Shown here one piece after another: positions 36,106 to 37,131 of a stretch of 37,131 nucleotides of DNA. The notes beneath the pieces are model-generated. The model was not told the DNA's origin. It did no database searches and worked only from the letters and a program-made list of their open reading frames with translations. The number at the start of each line of letters is the position of its first letter. Position 1 is the stretch's first letter. Origin of the DNA: a virus. Its lineage: Duplodnaviria; Caudoviricetes. The stretch is from positions 1-37,131 of IMG/VR virus record IMGVR_UViG_3300018080_001739; one strand, 5' to 3'. Made by a program: the position numbers and the translations under genes.

Positions 36106-36539
36106 GGTTTGTAGAAAATGCGGAAAATCTAAAGTTTTCTGAAGTCAAAAAAGAAGTTCCTCTATACGGCGCTTACCAAATGTTAGAGTATTCCGTTTCT
36201 GCAGATTTTGGCAAACAAACGTCTAAGATTAAGCATATCGGAAGGATAGACCTAACATTTACGCATAAAGGAAAAGATTATGTATGCGAGGTTAAATACT
36301 ATCCTTTTGGAAACTCTGAATTCTGGGATTGCCTAAAAGTGCTAGGCTATACAGCATATTATAATTGGCAGAATAATAGTTTTAGGAAGCCATGTGTAAT
36401 GCTCCCAAGAGAAAAAGTTAAATTAGAACATTTCATTACTGCCCAAAAACTCAATTTAGTTATATTCGGGATAAAACAAAATAAGGACAGTTATGAGGTA
36501 AAATTATTAGATGCGCCCGATTACAAAACTTTAATATAA
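36066..36539 (+). CDS. PD-(D/E)XK-fold nuclease-like protein
   Basis: EV, GRIDL, VCEVK, LGY motifs. Confidence 0.65.
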   Translation: MPYKIYPEAKFKKWFVENAENLKFSEVKKEVPLYGAYQMLEYSVSADFGKQTSKIKHIGRIDLTFTHKGKDYVCEVKYYPFGNSEFWDCLKVLGYTAYYNWQNNSFRKPCVMLPREKVKLEHFITAQKLNLVIFGIKQNKDSYEVKLLDAPDYKTLI

Positions 36540-36541
36540 TT

Positions 36542-36655
36542 ATGTCTCTAAAAAAACAAATCTATAATTATATTGGTGATGATTGGGTAGCCTCATCAAA
36601 GATAGAGGACTTTGCACGTGAGCTTGGGTATAAAGGGAGCAACAAGAGTTTATAA
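36542..36655 (+). CDS. Short hypothetical protein, 37 aa (possibly truncated)
   Basis: MSLKKQIYNYIGDDWVASSKIEDFARELGYKGSNKSL fills the gap. Confidence 0.35.
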   Translation: MSLKKQIYNYIGDDWVASSKIEDFARELGYKGSNKSL

Positions 36656-36668
36656 ATAAATAAAGTGT

Positions 36669-36857
36669 ATGAAATACGGCTTACTTGACCCGATGCCCTT
36701 AGATGACGGTGAGGAAGAGCGATTTTTAAAATGTGAAGTCTGCGGTATTGAATGGGCAAACATTATGAATGATTATAGGAATGTTTATAATTATATTCGT
36801 TTATGTAGCTCTTGCCATAAACGATTTGATAGACGAAAGGATGGTGATGCCAAATGA
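36669..36857 (+). CDS. Small zinc-finger protein
   Basis: CEVC...LCSSCH. Confidence 0.55.
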   Translation: MKYGLLDPMPLDDGEEERFLKCEVCGIEWANIMNDYRNVYNYIRLCSSCHKRFDRRKDGDAK

Positions 36858-37131
36858 TACCATTAAAATACTTCTCACTTTTTAGTGGTATCGGCTAAAA
36901 GGTGGTTTTGAACTTGGAATAAAACAAGCATATGAGTTTCAAAATAAAAATTCACTTACCTGGTCAGATTTGCGACACACTAGACACGCAGTGGACAGCA
37001 TTGAGACGCCCACTTGTATTGGTTACTCCGAAATTGACAAATACGCCATCCAAATCTACGAAAAACACTTTAACCACAAAAACTATGGCGATATCACAAA
37101 AATCAATGTTTCCCGCCTCCCAGATTTCGAC
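36854..37131 (+). pseudogene. dcm: C5-cytosine DNA methyltransferase, interrupted in motif I and cut by the window end (pseudogene or recoded)
   Basis: MIPLKYFSLFSGIG-TAA-AA, then in another frame GGFELG...SEIDKYA..Y...NYGDITKI..LPDFD. Confidence 0.8.

Noticed and set aside
1-37131. Alternative genetic code (TGA or TAG recoding)
   Set aside because: Genes are full length and tightly packed in code 11; all three stops end genes.

Overview
A near-complete ~36 kb genome of a short-tailed (podovirus-like) dsDNA phage, with almost all genes on the + strand and standard code 11. Gene order: Mom/DUF4338-like GNAT, NinG-like HNH nuclease, lambda-O-like replication initiator with internal iterons, a highly structured ~190-nt non-coding RNA, amidase/holin, terminase, portal, scaffold and N4-gp56-type capsid. 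About 12 kb (a third of the genome) of sugar-biosynthesis, glycosyltransferase, methyltransferase and sulfotransferase genes follows, embedded among the virion genes and split by the head-tail adaptor. This block ends at a beta-propeller protein with a ~91-residue poly-serine stalk. Then come the tail nozzle, three large ejection-type proteins (CHAP and ADP-ribosyltransferase-like domains) and an early region (HTH, SSB-like, SLT, PD-(D/E)XK nuclease, interrupted C5 methyltransferase). Bases 1-89 are identical to 36017-36105 and then diverge, so the contig is a circle with a ~1 kb branch. Best candidate for a new system: a phage-encoded virion glycocalyx (diacetamido-sugar pathway, six glycosyltransferase genes, methylation and sulfation) with a mucin-like poly-Ser acceptor. 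Other leads are the orphan structured RNA and a possible ribosomal stop-hop in the methyltransferase. All assignments are by motif recognition; no searches or folding programs were run.
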